Shown piece after piece: positions 49,980 to 61,103 of a stretch of DNA of 64,000 nucleotides. The notes under the pieces were generated by a model. That model made no database searches. It was not told the DNA's origin and saw nothing but the letters and a program-made list of their open reading frames with translations. The DNA comes from Rubrivivax sp. Its GTDB lineage: Bacteria > Pseudomonadota > Gammaproteobacteria > Burkholderiales > Burkholderiaceae_C. The translations under genes and the position numbers were made by a program. Every line of letters begins with the position of its first letter. Within the stretch, counting starts at the first letter, position 1. The stretch lies in assembly GCA_022842305.1 (NCBI GenBank), contig JALHPY010000011.1, positions 1,227 to 65,226 of the forward strand, in the 5' to 3' direction.

Positions 49980-50097
49980 TTCAGAACTCCTCTGGTGGGT
50001 CGATGAAAACCGCGAAGCCGCGGGCCTGGATGGCCGGGCTGGCACTCACCGCAAGGTGAATGCGCCGAGAATGCCCCCACCACTGGCAGGCCGCCAT

Positions 50098-50150
50098 TGT
50101 GGAAACCCACATTTGCAATGGGTGCTGCGCCCACCCTTGATTTGAGGCAA
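50098..50150. promoter_or_regulatory. Two dyads upstream of dctP: TGTGGaaacCCACA (50098..50111) and FNR-like TTGATttgaGGCAA (50137..50150)
   Basis: Perfect 5-bp arms for the first dyad and an 8/10 match for the second. They lie 120-170 bp upstream of the dctP start. Confidence 0.3.
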
Positions 50151-50209
50151 GGCGTCCCGCCGGCCCGGTTGGCCGGGGCGCTTGCGGGCGGGCGTGGCGG
50201 GGCGGGGCC

Positions 50210-51010
50210 TCAGGCCCAGGCCATCGCCACCATCTTGCGGCGCAGGAAGGCGAGCTGCGTCTGCAGCGGCAGCTGCTTGGGGCAGACGTCGTGGCAGCCC
50301 AGCAGCGACATGCAGCCGAACACGCCGTCGTCGTCACCGACGACCTCGTAGAAGTCTTCGTCAGTGCGGGTGTCGCGCGGGTCCAGGCGGAAGCGCGCCA
50401 GCTTGTTCATGCCCACCGCGCCGACGAAGTCTTCGCGCATGCGCGCCGTGCCGCAGGCGGCCACGCAGCAGCCGCATTCGATGCAGCGGTCGAGCTCGTA
50501 GATGGCTTCGGCCAGCTCGGGCTCCATGCGCTCTTCCAGGCGCGTGAGGTCGCGCTCGGCTTCCTGCTGGTGCACCCAGGTCTGCAGGCGCTCGCTCATG
50601 CCGCGCATCCACTTGCCGGTGTTCACCGACAGGTCGCCGATCAACTCGAACACCGGCAGCGGCGCCAGCGTGAACTCGGCTTCCAGGTCCTGCGTCAGCG
50701 TGCGGCAGGCCAGGGCCGGGCGGCCGTTGACCAGCATGGCGCAGCTGCCGCAGATGCCGGCGCGGCAGACGAAATCGAACTGCAGGCTGGGGTCGAGCTT
50801 TTCCCGGATTTCGGACAGCGCGATGAACAGCGTCATGCCGGCGGCGTCGTCCAGCTCGTAGGTCTGCCAGTGCGGCGCCACCGACGGGTCGGCCGGGTTG
50901 ACGCGCATGACGCGGATCTTGAGGCGGCGCGCCGTGCCGGCGGAGGCCGGTGCAGGGGCGGCCAGCGCGCTGTGCGCATGCAGCGCCGGGAGGATGGGGA
51001 TGGTCTTCAC
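50210..51010 (-). CDS. frdB: Fumarate reductase/succinate dehydrogenase iron-sulfur subunit
   Basis: CRAGICGSCAM (2Fe-2S), CIECGCCVAAC (4Fe-4S) and CHDVCP (3Fe-4S) motifs. Confidence 0.9.
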   Translation of the reverse strand: MKTIPILPALHAHSALAAPAPASAGTARRLKIRVMRVNPADPSVAPHWQTYELDDAAGMTLFIALSEIREKLDPSLQFDFVCRAGICGSCAMLVNGRPALACRTLTQDLEAEFTLAPLPVFELIGDLSVNTGKWMRGMSERLQTWVHQQEAERDLTRLEERMEPELAEAIYELDRCIECGCCVAACGTARMREDFVGAVGMNKLARFRLDPRDTRTDEDFYEVVGDDDGVFGCMSLLGCHDVCPKQLPLQTQLAFLRRKMVAMAWA

Positions 51011-51059
51011 GGGGTGGCTCTCGGGTGCGTCGGTCAGGTGCGTCGTTCAGGCGCGCGGC

Positions 51060-53051
51060 TCAGGCGCTTTTCTTCAGCGGCTCGTCGATGCGTTCATTCA
51101 GCCCGCGCAGGCTGTCGGGCAGCAGTTCGTCGTAGGGCATCAGCGCGCGCTGCAGTTCGTGGCGGCTGGCACTGGCCATGCGCTCGCGCAGGGCCGTCAC
51201 CTCGGCCGCGCGCGCCGCGGTGTCGGGGTGGTCCACGTAGTCCTTGGCGCCGTAGCCGCGCCAGCCCGGGGGCAGTTCCATGCGGCCCACGTCCAGCGGC
51301 TCGTAGTGCAGCGTGGGCAGGCTGTCGCGCGGGTCTTTCCAGGTGGCCAGCGTGCGCTTGAGCCATTGCGAATCGTCGCGCCGCGGGTGGTCTTCGCGGA
51401 AGTGCGCGCCGCGGCTTTCGGTGCGCTGGGCCGCGCCGTAGGCCACGCACAGCGCCAGCTTGAGCATCTTCTGCGTGCGGTAGGCCGTCACCAGCTCGGG
51501 GTTGGCGCCCGGCTGGTGCGAGCGCAGGCCGATGTGGCGGCTGCGTTCCAGCAGCGATTGCAGGCCGTCCACCGCCGCCTGCAGGTCAGCGCCGGTGCGG
51601 AAGATGCCGACCTTGTCGGTCATGATCTGCTGCATGGCGATGCGCAGCGCCGAGGCGTCTTCCTTGCCGCCGCCCTTGACCAGCCAGTCGAGCTTGGCTT
51701 GTTCGGCGGCCACGAACTCGCGCACCAGGCCGGTGGGGATGTTCACGTCGCTGGCCTTGCCGTCGCAGAAGTCGGCCACGAAGTCGCCCACGATCATGCC
51801 GGCCACCACGGTCTCGGCCACCGAATTGCCGCCCAGGCGGTTGAAGCCGTGCATGTCCCAGCAGGCGGCTTCACCGGCGGCAAACAGGCCGCGCAGCGTG
51901 GCGCTCTGGCCGGTGTGGTCGGTGCGCACGCCGCCCATGGTGTAGTGCTGCGCCGGGCGCACGGCGATCATCTTCTCCACCGGGTTGATGCCCAGGAAGC
52001 TCTCGCAGATCTCCTTCACCTCGCGCAGGTTCTTCTCGATGTGCGCCTTGCCCAGCTGGGTGATGTCCAGCCACAGGTGGTCGCCGAAGCGGCTGCTCGC
52101 GCCCTTGCCCTTGCGGATGTGCGTTTCCATGCGGCGCGAGACCACGTCGCGCGAGGCCAGCTCTTTCTTCTCGGGCTCGTAGTCGGGCATGAAGCGGTGC
52201 CCGTCCTTGTCTTTGAGCAGGCCGCCGTCGCCGCGGCAGCCTTCCGTCACCAGGATGCCGGCCGGGAAGATGCCGGTGGGGTGGAACTGCACCGCCTCCA
52301 TGTTGCCCAGCGTGGCCACGCCGGTTTCGAGTGCGATGGCCGTGCCGATGCCTTCGCAGATCACCGCGTTGGTGGTCACGCGGTACAGGCGCCCGGCGCC
52401 CCCGGTGGCGATGACCGTGGCCTTGGCCACCCAGGCGCTGAGCTCGCCGGTCACCAGGTTGCGCACCACCGCGCCGTAGCAGCGGCCGCCTTCGTGGATG
52501 AGGGCGATGGCCTCGATGCGCTCGTGCACCGGGATGCTCTCGGCGATGGCGCGGTCGCTCACCGCAAACAGCATGGCGTGGCCGGTGCCGTCGGATACGT
52601 AGCAGGTGCGCCACTTCTTGGTGCCGCCGAAATCGCGCTGCGCCACCAGGCCGTGGGCCTCGTCGCGCTCGGTCAGCGTGACCTTCTGGCCGTTGATGAT
52701 GACCTGGCGGTCGCCGCGCTGCACGCGGCTCCAGGGCACGCCCCAGGCCGCCAGTTCGCGCACGGCCTTGGGCGCCGTGTTGACGAACATGCGCACCACG
52801 CGCTGGTCGGCGCCCCAGTCGCTGCCGCGCACGGTGTCTTCGAAGTGCACGTCCTCGTTGTCGCCCTGACCCTTGATGACATTGGCCAGGCTGGCCTGCA
52901 TGCCGCCCTGGGCCGCGGCCGAGTGGCTGCGCTTGGGCGGCACCAGCGACAGGATCACGGCCTCATGCCCGCGCCGCTTGGCGCCGATGGCCACGCGCAG
53001 GCCCGCAAGCCCGCCGCCGATGACCAGCACGTCGGTGTAGTTGATCTTCAT
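51060..53051 (-). CDS. frdA: Fumarate reductase/succinate dehydrogenase flavoprotein subunit
   Basis: ATG at 53051. [17 protein letters not shown] motif and SHSAAAQGG (covalent-FAD His region). 663 aa. Confidence 0.92.
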   Translation of the reverse strand: MKINYTDVLVIGGGLAGLRVAIGAKRRGHEAVILSLVPPKRSHSAAAQGGMQASLANVIKGQGDNEDVHFEDTVRGSDWGADQRVVRMFVNTAPKAVRELAAWGVPWSRVQRGDRQVIINGQKVTLTERDEAHGLVAQRDFGGTKKWRTCYVSDGTGHAMLFAVSDRAIAESIPVHERIEAIALIHEGGRCYGAVVRNLVTGELSAWVAKATVIATGGAGRLYRVTTNAVICEGIGTAIALETGVATLGNMEAVQFHPTGIFPAGILVTEGCRGDGGLLKDKDGHRFMPDYEPEKKELASRDVVSRRMETHIRKGKGASSRFGDHLWLDITQLGKAHIEKNLREVKEICESFLGINPVEKMIAVRPAQHYTMGGVRTDHTGQSATLRGLFAAGEAACWDMHGFNRLGGNSVAETVVAGMIVGDFVADFCDGKASDVNIPTGLVREFVAAEQAKLDWLVKGGGKEDASALRIAMQQIMTDKVGIFRTGADLQAAVDGLQSLLERSRHIGLRSHQPGANPELVTAYRTQKMLKLALCVAYGAAQRTESRGAHFREDHPRRDDSQWLKRTLATWKDPRDSLPTLHYEPLDVGRMELPPGWRGYGAKDYVDHPDTAARAAEVTALRERMASASRHELQRALMPYDELLPDSLRGLNERIDEPLKKSA

Positions 53052-53061
53052 GTGCCGGCCC

Positions 53062-53841
53062 TCACTTTGCCGGCGCCGACTGCTCGGCAGCCGGCACATA
53101 GGGTTCACCGGCGCGCGGCGCGTGCTCGATGCCGATCTTCACGTAGGCCACCAGCGTGGCCAGGCCCAGCGCCAGGAAGAAGGCGGTCAGCGCCCACTTC
53201 AGCGTCTTGAGCTTCTTGCGCGTGGCGTTGGGGTCGGCGCCGTCGAACCAGCCCCACTTGACGGCCAGCCGGTACAGGCCGATGCCGCCGTGGATCTCTA
53301 CCGCGAACAGCAGCACCAGGTACAGCGGCCAGAAGTGCTCGCTCCACATCCGGTCGGCGCTGCCGTAGGGGCCGATGGTCTCGGGCCGGGTCATCATGAT
53401 GTACAGGTGCACGCTGGCCAGGAAGAACAGCGCGAAGCCGGTCACCACCTGCCACCACCACAGCGTGGTGTCGCCATGCTTCATGTCCTTGACATGGTCG
53501 CGGATGGCGCGGTATTGAAGGTAGTTGCCGGGGAACTTGCGCAGCGCCAGCATGGCGTGCACGATCAGCAGCGTCAGGATGCCGGCCACCATCAGCGACA
53601 CCAGCCAGGGCAGCGGGCGGCCGAAGATGAAGGTGCCCTCGAAGGCGCGCGCCACCCACCACATCGCGTCCTTGCCCAGCAGGATGGACGAGACGAAGAA
53701 CATGTGCACCCACATGAACAGCGCCAGCACGAGGCCGCTGGCGCTTTGAATCCAGTCCAGCCGGGCCGGCCAGATGCTCTTGCGTACCGCACGGGTACGC
53801 GCAGCCACGTTGGCCGTGGCCGCTGGCAGTTTGCTTTGCAC
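53062..53841 (-). CDS. frdC: Fumarate reductase dihaem cytochrome b membrane subunit (type B, single large anchor)
   Basis: GTG at 53841 after AGGAGA. About 259 aa, 5 TM with conserved His residues. The gene order C-A-B matches Wolinella/Geobacter-type enzymes. Confidence 0.8.
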   Translation of the reverse strand: MQSKLPAATANVAARTRAVRKSIWPARLDWIQSASGLVLALFMWVHMFFVSSILLGKDAMWWVARAFEGTFIFGRPLPWLVSLMVAGILTLLIVHAMLALRKFPGNYLQYRAIRDHVKDMKHGDTTLWWWQVVTGFALFFLASVHLYIMMTRPETIGPYGSADRMWSEHFWPLYLVLLFAVEIHGGIGLYRLAVKWGWFDGADPNATRKKLKTLKWALTAFFLALGLATLVAYVKIGIEHAPRAGEPYVPAAEQSAPAK

Positions 53842-53974
53842 GCCTGATCTCCTGTGCCGGCCCTGTCGACCGGCCCGCGCACTGTGGCGCGGGCCGGGCC
53901 GGGACGCACTGAGCCAAGTCAAGCTCCGGCGTCGCCCGCTGCGCGGGTGGGGGCTTCAGCGCCGCCGAGGAGGC

Positions 53975-54868
53975 TCAGCGCTGGGCTGCGCGCTTGCTTC
54001 TGGCCGCCAACGCGCCCACCAGACCAAGGCCGGCGAGCAGCAGCGTGGTGGGTTCCGGGACGCCGTTCACGACCTGGCCGCCCGACCCACCCGTGCCCCC
54101 TGACCCGATGCTGGCGCCCTGGTCGAAGCCGCCGCTGTTGGCGACAAGACTGCCCGCGCCGGTGTCGTCCGTGGCATCCATTCCCGTCGTACAGCCGAGC
54201 GAGATGTTGTCCTGGATCAAGGTCACTTGCTTGGTCGCCGACAGGAGCCTGCCGCAGCCCATCGTCAGATTGCCGTCACTGCTGATGAGATCGTTTGCGA
54301 GTACGTTGCCTGCGAACGTGATGCCATTCAGCGTTGCCGCGCTTCCGACGTTCCAGTAGAGGCCGACATTCGCGCCGCTGCCCACATTGACGACCGAGAC
54401 GTTGGAGGTCGACGAGGTGATGAGGGTGCTCGCAAACCTGAAGACCCACACGGCGTTGCTGTTGCCGAGGCCGTCGAGGATGAGGTTGCCGGCCAGATTG
54501 GTGACACCGGCGGCAACGTCCCAGACGCCCGGGTTGATCGTGCCGGTCAGATCGGCACCCAATATGCCGCTGCTCGCCATGCCACTGAGCGTGACCATGG
54601 CGGCGTCCAACTGCAGCTGGGCGTTTTGAGCGAGTGCGGTGTTCTGTTGAATCGAACCCGCGGTAAAGACGTACCCGCCGCCGACCGAGGCGTTCGGGGC
54701 AGAACCCAGGTTTCCGCCGATGGTGCTGGTCGGGACGTTGGTCACCCCCGCTGCACCCAGCACCGCAAAGCTCGCCAGATCCGAACCCAGCACGGGTGCC
54801 GCCGAGCTATGGATGGGGGCGAAAGCGAAGGCAATACCTATTGATATCGCCAGTTTGATCATGCGCAT
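53975..54868 (-). CDS. Secreted ice-binding-like (DUF3494) beta-solenoid protein with a PEP-CTERM anchor
   Basis: Signal peptide. LGSDLASFAVLGAAGVTNVPTSTIGGNLGSAP... is typical of DUF3494. The C-terminus is VPEPTTLLLAGLGLVGALAARSKR. GC is visibly lower than in the neighbours. Confidence 0.75.
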   Translation of the reverse strand: MRMIKLAISIGIAFAFAPIHSSAAPVLGSDLASFAVLGAAGVTNVPTSTIGGNLGSAPNASVGGGYVFTAGSIQQNTALAQNAQLQLDAAMVTLSGMASSGILGADLTGTINPGVWDVAAGVTNLAGNLILDGLGNSNAVWVFRFASTLITSSTSNVSVVNVGSGANVGLYWNVGSAATLNGITFAGNVLANDLISSDGNLTMGCGRLLSATKQVTLIQDNISLGCTTGMDATDDTGAGSLVANSGGFDQGASIGSGGTGGSGGQVVNGVPEPTTLLLAGLGLVGALAARSKRAAQR

Positions 54869-55157
54869 GACTTGTCTCCTGATTGCTTGGCACTTGTGAT
54901 CAGGTGTTTGGCCTGAATTGAGATGACCGCCAAGAACAATTGGGTCAACGCAGCATGTTCAAACATGCATAAATCGCTCCACAAATGGAATACTCATTGC
55001 ATTCAACGACTTGCGCGCAAAAGGCGGAAAGGTCGAATGCCGATACGTAAAGAATCCCGACGGAATTGCGCGGCTGGGACCCGGTCACGCCTGCGGGTCT
55101 GCGCCATGCTGGACGCTTGGCCAGGCGGCGGACGCGCGTTGCGGCCGCGGCCCGCGT

Positions 55158-55901
<744 letters not shown>

Positions 55902-55908
55902 GGTGTGT

Positions 55909-57012
55909 TCAGCGGTTCTTGCTGAGTGAAAGGCGCTTCTCGATCCACAGGCTGTAGCGCGACATGGAGAAGCAGAAGGCGAAGTAGATGGCGGCGATGA
56001 ACAGGTAGGCCTCGATCTTGAACGGGCGCCAGTCGCTGTCGGAGTTGAGCGCCAGGCCCATGGCGCCGGTCAGCTCGTACAGGCTCACGATGGTCACCAG
56101 CGAGGTGTCCTTGAAGATGGCGATGAAGTTGTTCATCACGCCCGGCACCACCATTGCCAGCGCCTGCGGCAGGATGATCTTGCGCTGCGCCTGCCAGTAG
56201 CTCAGGCCCAGGGTGTCGGCGGCTTCCTGCTGGCCCTTGGGAATGGCCTGCAGGCCGCCGCGCACGATCTCGGCCATGTAGGCCGCGGCGAACAGCGTGA
56301 TGCCCACCAGCACGCGCAGCAGCACGTCGATGCTGGTGCCCGGCGGCATGAACAGCGGGAACATGAAGCTGGCCATGAACAGCACGCTGATCAGCGGCAC
56401 GCCGCGGATGAGTTCTACATAGACCACGCAGATGGTCCTGATGGCCGGCATGTTGCTGCGCCGTCCCAGGGCCACCGCCACCGACAGCGGGAAGGCGAAG
56501 ACGATGGACAGCGTGGCCAGCATGATGGTCAGCGGCAGGCCGCCCCAGCGGTCGGTTTCCACCGGTGTCAGGCCCAGCACGCCGCCGCGCATCAGCGCGA
56601 AGAACAGCGCCAGCACCGCCACCCACAACAGCAGCAGCCAGGGCCGCCAGAAGGTGCGCACGCAACTGGCCACGAGCAGCGCCACCAGCGCGATGGTGGC
56701 GACCTCGGGGCGCCATTGCTGGTCGAACGGGTAGCGGCCGAAGATGATGAGCCGGTGCTTTTCGGTGATCACGCCCCAGCAGGCGCCCACGCCGCGCGCC
56801 GCCTGGCACCGATCGGCGTCGGCCGCCGTCACGGCGTTGAGCACGGCCCAGCTGAAGAGCTGCGGCAGCAGCCACAGCGCCAGCCCCAGCAGGGCCAGCG
56901 TGACGATGCTGCTGGGCAGGTTGCCGAACAGGTTGCGGCGTATCCAGGGCACCAGCCCCTCGGTCTTGACCGGGGCCGGGCGCGGGGCGATGGGGGTGAA
57001 GGACGCACTCAT
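55909..57012 (-). CDS. aapM: Amino-acid ABC transporter permease
   Basis: 367-aa polytopic protein with the AapM-type long N-terminal domain. Confidence 0.8.
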   Translation of the reverse strand: MSASFTPIAPRPAPVKTEGLVPWIRRNLFGNLPSSIVTLALLGLALWLLPQLFSWAVLNAVTAADADRCQAARGVGACWGVITEKHRLIIFGRYPFDQQWRPEVATIALVALLVASCVRTFWRPWLLLLWVAVLALFFALMRGGVLGLTPVETDRWGGLPLTIMLATLSIVFAFPLSVAVALGRRSNMPAIRTICVVYVELIRGVPLISVLFMASFMFPLFMPPGTSIDVLLRVLVGITLFAAAYMAEIVRGGLQAIPKGQQEAADTLGLSYWQAQRKIILPQALAMVVPGVMNNFIAIFKDTSLVTIVSLYELTGAMGLALNSDSDWRPFKIEAYLFIAAIYFAFCFSMSRYSLWIEKRLSLSKNR

Positions 57013-57016
57013 CGGT

Positions 57017-58204
57017 TCACCGCTCTTTGATGGCCGAGCGCTTGTTGTACCAATTCATCAAGCCCGAAGTGCCGAGCGAGGTGGTCAGGTACACGGCCAT
57101 GATGATGGCGATGCACTCGACCGCGCGGCCGGTCTGGTTGATGGCGGTGTTGCTGATCGAGACCACATCCGGGTAGCCGATGGCCACCGCCAGCGACGAG
57201 TTCTTGGTCAGATTGAGGAACTGGTTGGTCATGGGCGGGATGATCACGCGCAGGGCCTGCGGCAGCACCACCAGGCGCATCTGCTGGCCCTGCGACAGGC
57301 CCAGCGCACCCGAGGCCTCGGACTGGCCGCGCGGCACCGAGGCGATGCCCGCGCGCACCACCTCGGCGACGAAGGCCGCGGTGTAGAAGGTCAGGCCCAG
57401 CAGCACCGAGATGAACTCGGGCGTGAACGAACTGCCGCCGTCCACCGAGACCTCGCCCGCCACCGGCACGTTCCAGGCAGTGGGCGCGCCGCCCGCGGCC
57501 CAGCCGACCAGCCCGCCCGCGATGATCAGCCCCAGCGCCGGCAGCATCACCGGGCGCGGCTGGCCGGTGGCCTCGAAGTGCTGGCGCGCCTTGCGTGCCC
57601 ACAGCCAGGCCAGGCCCGCGCCCCCCAGCGCGCCCAGCGCCGACAAGCCCTGGCCCAGGCCCCACACCGGCACCGGGTAGGACAGCCCGCCCTTGCTCAG
57701 GAACACCAGCCCGCCCAGCTGCAGCGGCTCACCCGGGTCGGGCAGCCATTCGGTGAGCAGCAGGTACCACACCAGCAGTTGCAGCAGCACCGGGATGTTG
57801 CGGAACATCTCGACGTAGCCGTAGCACAGTCCGCGGACGATGGCGTTGTTGGAGAAACGGCCCACGCCCAGCAGCGTGCCCAGCACGGTGGTCATCACGA
57901 TGCCCAGCACGGCCACGCGCAGCGTATTGGCCACGCCCGCCAGGAAGGCCATCCAGTAGGGGTCTATCGACTCGTAGGGGATGATCAGCTCGCCGATGTC
58001 GAAGCCGGCCGGGCTGGTGAGGAAGTCGAAGCCGCTCTGGATGCCGCGCACCCGCATGTTCTCCATCGTGTTGTGCGCCAGGAACCACACGCCCAGCACG
58101 ATCAGGCCCAGCGCCAGCACCTGGTAGATCAACCCGCGCACGGCGCGGCTGCGCCAGGACCAGTCGCGGCGTTTGGGTGGCGCGGCGCGCGGGGCCGTGG
58201 TCAT
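57017..58204 (-). CDS. aapQ: Amino-acid ABC transporter permease
   Basis: 395-aa polytopic protein in the AapQ-type position. Confidence 0.8.
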   Translation of the reverse strand: MTTAPRAAPPKRRDWSWRSRAVRGLIYQVLALGLIVLGVWFLAHNTMENMRVRGIQSGFDFLTSPAGFDIGELIIPYESIDPYWMAFLAGVANTLRVAVLGIVMTTVLGTLLGVGRFSNNAIVRGLCYGYVEMFRNIPVLLQLLVWYLLLTEWLPDPGEPLQLGGLVFLSKGGLSYPVPVWGLGQGLSALGALGGAGLAWLWARKARQHFEATGQPRPVMLPALGLIIAGGLVGWAAGGAPTAWNVPVAGEVSVDGGSSFTPEFISVLLGLTFYTAAFVAEVVRAGIASVPRGQSEASGALGLSQGQQMRLVVLPQALRVIIPPMTNQFLNLTKNSSLAVAIGYPDVVSISNTAINQTGRAVECIAIIMAVYLTTSLGTSGLMNWYNKRSAIKER

Positions 58205-58305
58205 GGGCGGGGCTCCTTCAAGCCGGACGATTCATTCGAGCACCACTGCGTGGCCGATCGCTGAGATTCCGTAGCGAGCGCGTCGAGGTTGCGATGAGGA
58301 GCGCA

Positions 58306-58323
58306 GCCGTACACCCGTACGGC
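58306..58323 (-). other. Intercistronic stem-loop between aapJ and aapQ
   Basis: GCCGTAC-accc-GTACGGC inside the 159-bp aapJ-aapQ spacer. It is a possible mRNA-stabilising or attenuating hairpin. Confidence 0.3.
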
Positions 58324-58363
58324 GAGCACCGCAGTCGCAAGATCGGCGCGCGCAGCAGGAAGC

Positions 58364-59407
58364 TCAGCGAATCGGCGGGGCGTACTGGATGCCGCCCTTG
58401 TTCCACAGCGCATTCACCCCGCGCGGCAGACCCAGAGCGCTCTTCGGGCCGACGTTGCGCTCGAAGATCTCGCCGTAGTTGCCCACGGCCTTGACGGCGC
58501 GCGCGGCCCATTCCTTGTCCAGGCCCAGCAGCTTGCCGGTGTCCTCGGTGCCGCCCAGGATGCGGCCCACAGCCGGGTCGTCCGTCTTGGCCTTGAGCTG
58601 GTCGACATTGGCCTGCGTGATGCCGTATTCCTCGGCCTCGAGCAGCGCAAAGAACACCCACTTGGCGATGGCAAAGAACTCGTCGTCGCCGCGGCGCACG
58701 CTGGGGCCCAGCGGCTCCTTGGAGATCAGCTCGGGCAGGATCAGGTGGTCGGCCGGGGTCTTGGCTTCCTTGTTGCGCGTGCTGGCCAGACCCGAGGCGT
58801 CGGTGGTGTAGGCCTGGCAACGGCCGGCGAAGTAGGCACCGGTGGCGGCTTCGAGCTTTTCGAACACCACCGGCTTGATGGCCAGGCCGTTGGCGCGCGA
58901 GAAGTCGGTGAGGTTCTTCTCGGTGGTGGTGCCCGACTGCACGCAGACCGTGGCGCCCTTGAGCTGCTTGGCGTTCTTGATCTTGCCCTTGGACGGCACC
59001 ATGAAGCCCTGGCCGTCGTAGTAGGTGGCGCCGACGAAGTGCATGCCCAGCGACGCGTCGCGCGTCAGCGTCCAGGTGGTGTTGCGCGACAGGATGTCGA
59101 TCTCGCCCGACTGCAGCGCGGTGAAGCGCTGCTGCGCGTTCAGCGGCACCCACTTCACCTTGTTGGCGTCGCCCAGCAGCGAAGCGGCCACGGCCTTGCA
59201 GTAGTCGACGTCCAGGCCGCTCCAGTTGCCCTGGCTGTCGGCCGACGAGAAGCCGGCCAGGCCGGTGTTCACGCCGCACACCAGCTGGCCGCGGGCCTTG
59301 ATGGCGTCCAGCGTCTTGCCGGCGAGGGCGGGCGTGGCGGCCAGTGCGCCGGCGGCGAGCAGGGCGCCCAGGGCCAGGCGGGAAAGCAGGGACTTGTTGC
59401 AGGACAT
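58364..59407 (-). CDS. aapJ: General L-amino-acid ABC transporter substrate-binding protein
   Basis: ATG at 59407 after GGAG. Signal peptide. ...GQLVCGVNTGLAGFS...GLDVDYC... is typical of AapJ/BztA. Confidence 0.82.
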   Translation of the reverse strand: MSCNKSLLSRLALGALLAAGALAATPALAGKTLDAIKARGQLVCGVNTGLAGFSSADSQGNWSGLDVDYCKAVAASLLGDANKVKWVPLNAQQRFTALQSGEIDILSRNTTWTLTRDASLGMHFVGATYYDGQGFMVPSKGKIKNAKQLKGATVCVQSGTTTEKNLTDFSRANGLAIKPVVFEKLEAATGAYFAGRCQAYTTDASGLASTRNKEAKTPADHLILPELISKEPLGPSVRRGDDEFFAIAKWVFFALLEAEEYGITQANVDQLKAKTDDPAVGRILGGTEDTGKLLGLDKEWAARAVKAVGNYGEIFERNVGPKSALGLPRGVNALWNKGGIQYAPPIR

Positions 59408-59580
59408 CGAGTTCACTCCGGGTGTTCGTTGGGCCGCATTGGGCAAAGTGCACAGGGGCGGCGCGACGGTAACTTCAAAGGGCCACAGCAGCAACTGTGC
59501 CAATCCCTGAACCCTGCGCTCTGCCAGGTGCGGCTGTGGCATGCTGTGCCGCCCTCGCAGCCCGCCACCGGAGTACCACC

Positions 59581-60582
59581 ATGAACAGCATGGATGTCGA
59601 AGTGTTGCGCCGTGCCGTGGACTGGATGAACCGCGGCCACCGCGTCGTCATGGGCACGGTGGCGCGCACCTGGGGCAGCAGCCCGCGCCCGCCGGGCAGC
59701 CTGATGATCGTGCGCGACGACGGTCAGGTGGCCGGCTCGCTGTCGGGCGGCTGCATCGAAGACGACCTGGTGGCGCGCGTGCGCAGCGGCGCGCTGGCGC
59801 CGCGCCTGCCGCTGGCCCTGGTCTACGGCGCCAACGCCGAAGAAGCGCAGCGCTTCGGCCTGCCCTGCGGCGGTTCGGTGCAGATCGTGCTGGAACCACT
59901 GGGCGTGCAAAGCCAGCTGCGCGAGCTGCTGGCGGCCATCGAAAGGCACGAGGTGGTGCGCCGGCGCCTGGAAATGGGCACCGGTCTGGTGTCCCTGGCA
60001 CCGTCGCAGGACGGCGACCGCGTGTGTTTCGACGGCAGCGCGCTGCACACCGTGCACGGCCCGCGCCTGCGCCTGGTGATCGTGGGCGCCGGCCAGCTGA
60101 GCCGCTGCCTGGCCAGCCTGGCGGTGATGCTGGACTACCGCGTCACCGTGTGTGACCCGCGCGAGGAGTACCACGAGGGCTGGGAGCACGCGGAAGGCGT
60201 GACCCTGTCGCGCCTGATGCCCGACGACCTGGTGCTGGCCATGGCGCTGGACGCGCACAGCGCGCTGGTGGCCGTGACGCACGACCCCAAGCTCGACGAC
60301 CTGGCGCTGATGGAGGCGCTCAAGACCCCGGCCTTCTACGTCGGCGCGCTCGGCTCGCGCCGCAACAACGACGCGCGCCGCCAGCGCCTGCGCGGCTTCG
60401 AAGTCAGCGCGGCCGAGGTGCAGGCGCTGCGCGGGCCGGTGGGGCTGAACCTGGGCGGGCGCACGCCGCCGGAGATCGCCCTGTCCATCGTGGCCGAGAT
60501 GACGGCGCTGCGCCACGGCGCGGCGCTGCAGGGGCCGCTGGCCGACTGGAGCGCGTCGCAGACGGCCTGCAGCAGCGCCTGA
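59581..60582 (+). CDS. XdhC/CoxI-family molybdoenzyme maturation protein
   Basis: ATG at 59581. N-terminal XdhC_CoxI region (...TWGSSPRPPGSLM...GSLSGGCIE...) plus a Rossmann part (VIVGAGQLS). Confidence 0.8.
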   Translation: MNSMDVEVLRRAVDWMNRGHRVVMGTVARTWGSSPRPPGSLMIVRDDGQVAGSLSGGCIEDDLVARVRSGALAPRLPLALVYGANAEEAQRFGLPCGGSVQIVLEPLGVQSQLRELLAAIERHEVVRRRLEMGTGLVSLAPSQDGDRVCFDGSALHTVHGPRLRLVIVGAGQLSRCLASLAVMLDYRVTVCDPREEYHEGWEHAEGVTLSRLMPDDLVLAMALDAHSALVAVTHDPKLDDLALMEALKTPAFYVGALGSRRNNDARRQRLRGFEVSAAEVQALRGPVGLNLGGRTPPEIALSIVAEMTALRHGAALQGPLADWSASQTACSSA

Positions 60583-60596
60583 TCCGCCAGGGGGCA

Positions 60597-61103
60597 CTAG
60601 CGCAGCTCGGCGCGGTCGGGCAGCTCGTTGGGGTTGGCCGCACCCGCGGCCAGCGGAAAGTGCTCGGCCAGTTCGGCGTCCACCGCGTCCACGGCCTGGG
60701 CCAGGCCTTCCTCGAAGCGGCCGGCGCGGAAGGCCTGGCGCATGCCGTCCAGCACCGCGTCCCAGTGCGCCTGCGGCACGACGCGAGCCACGCCGCGGTC
60801 GGCGACGATCTCGATGGCGTGCTCGGCCAGCAGCAGGTAGATGAGCACGCCGTTGTTGTGCTCGGTGTCCCAGACGCGCAGCTTGCCGAACATCGTCACC
60901 GCGCGCTGGCGCGGCGTGGCGTTGCGCCACAGATAGGACAGCGGCAGCCCGGCCTCGACGCAGACGCGGATCTCGCCGCTGTGGCGGCCTTCGCTGGTGG
61001 CCACGCGCTGCTCCAGCCGCCGCAGCGCCGGCGCGGGCAGCGCGCGCGCGCTGTCGGTCTCGTCGAACCAGCGGTGTTTGAGGATGCGTGCCAGCCTGCC
61101 CAC
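60597..61103 (-). CDS. TPM-domain protein (cytoplasmic-type, no signal peptide)
   Basis: GTG at 61103 overlaps the upstream stop by 1 nt. ...GEIRVCVEAGLP...NNGVLIYLLLAEHAIEIVADRG... Confidence 0.7.
   Translation of the reverse strand: MGRLARILKHRWFDETDSARALPAPALRRLEQRVATSEGRHSGEIRVCVEAGLPLSYLWRNATPRQRAVTMFGKLRVWDTEHNNGVLIYLLLAEHAIEIVADRGVARVVPQAHWDAVLDGMRQAFRAGRFEEGLAQAVDAVDAELAEHFPLAAGAANPNELPDRAELR

Noticed and set aside
53909-53924. Weak FNR-like sequence (TTGACttggCTCAG on the minus strand) upstream of frdC.
   Set aside because: Only a 7/10 match. It is too weak to call on its own, although it would fit the proposed anaerobic regulon.
54953-54968. Inverted repeat GCATGTT-N2-AACATGC upstream of the PEP-CTERM gene, as a possible operator.
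   Set aside because: The arms are only 7 bp and the region is locally AT-rich, where chance dyads are more likely. No matching regulator is nearby. It is kept as a note under the PEP-CTERM finding only.
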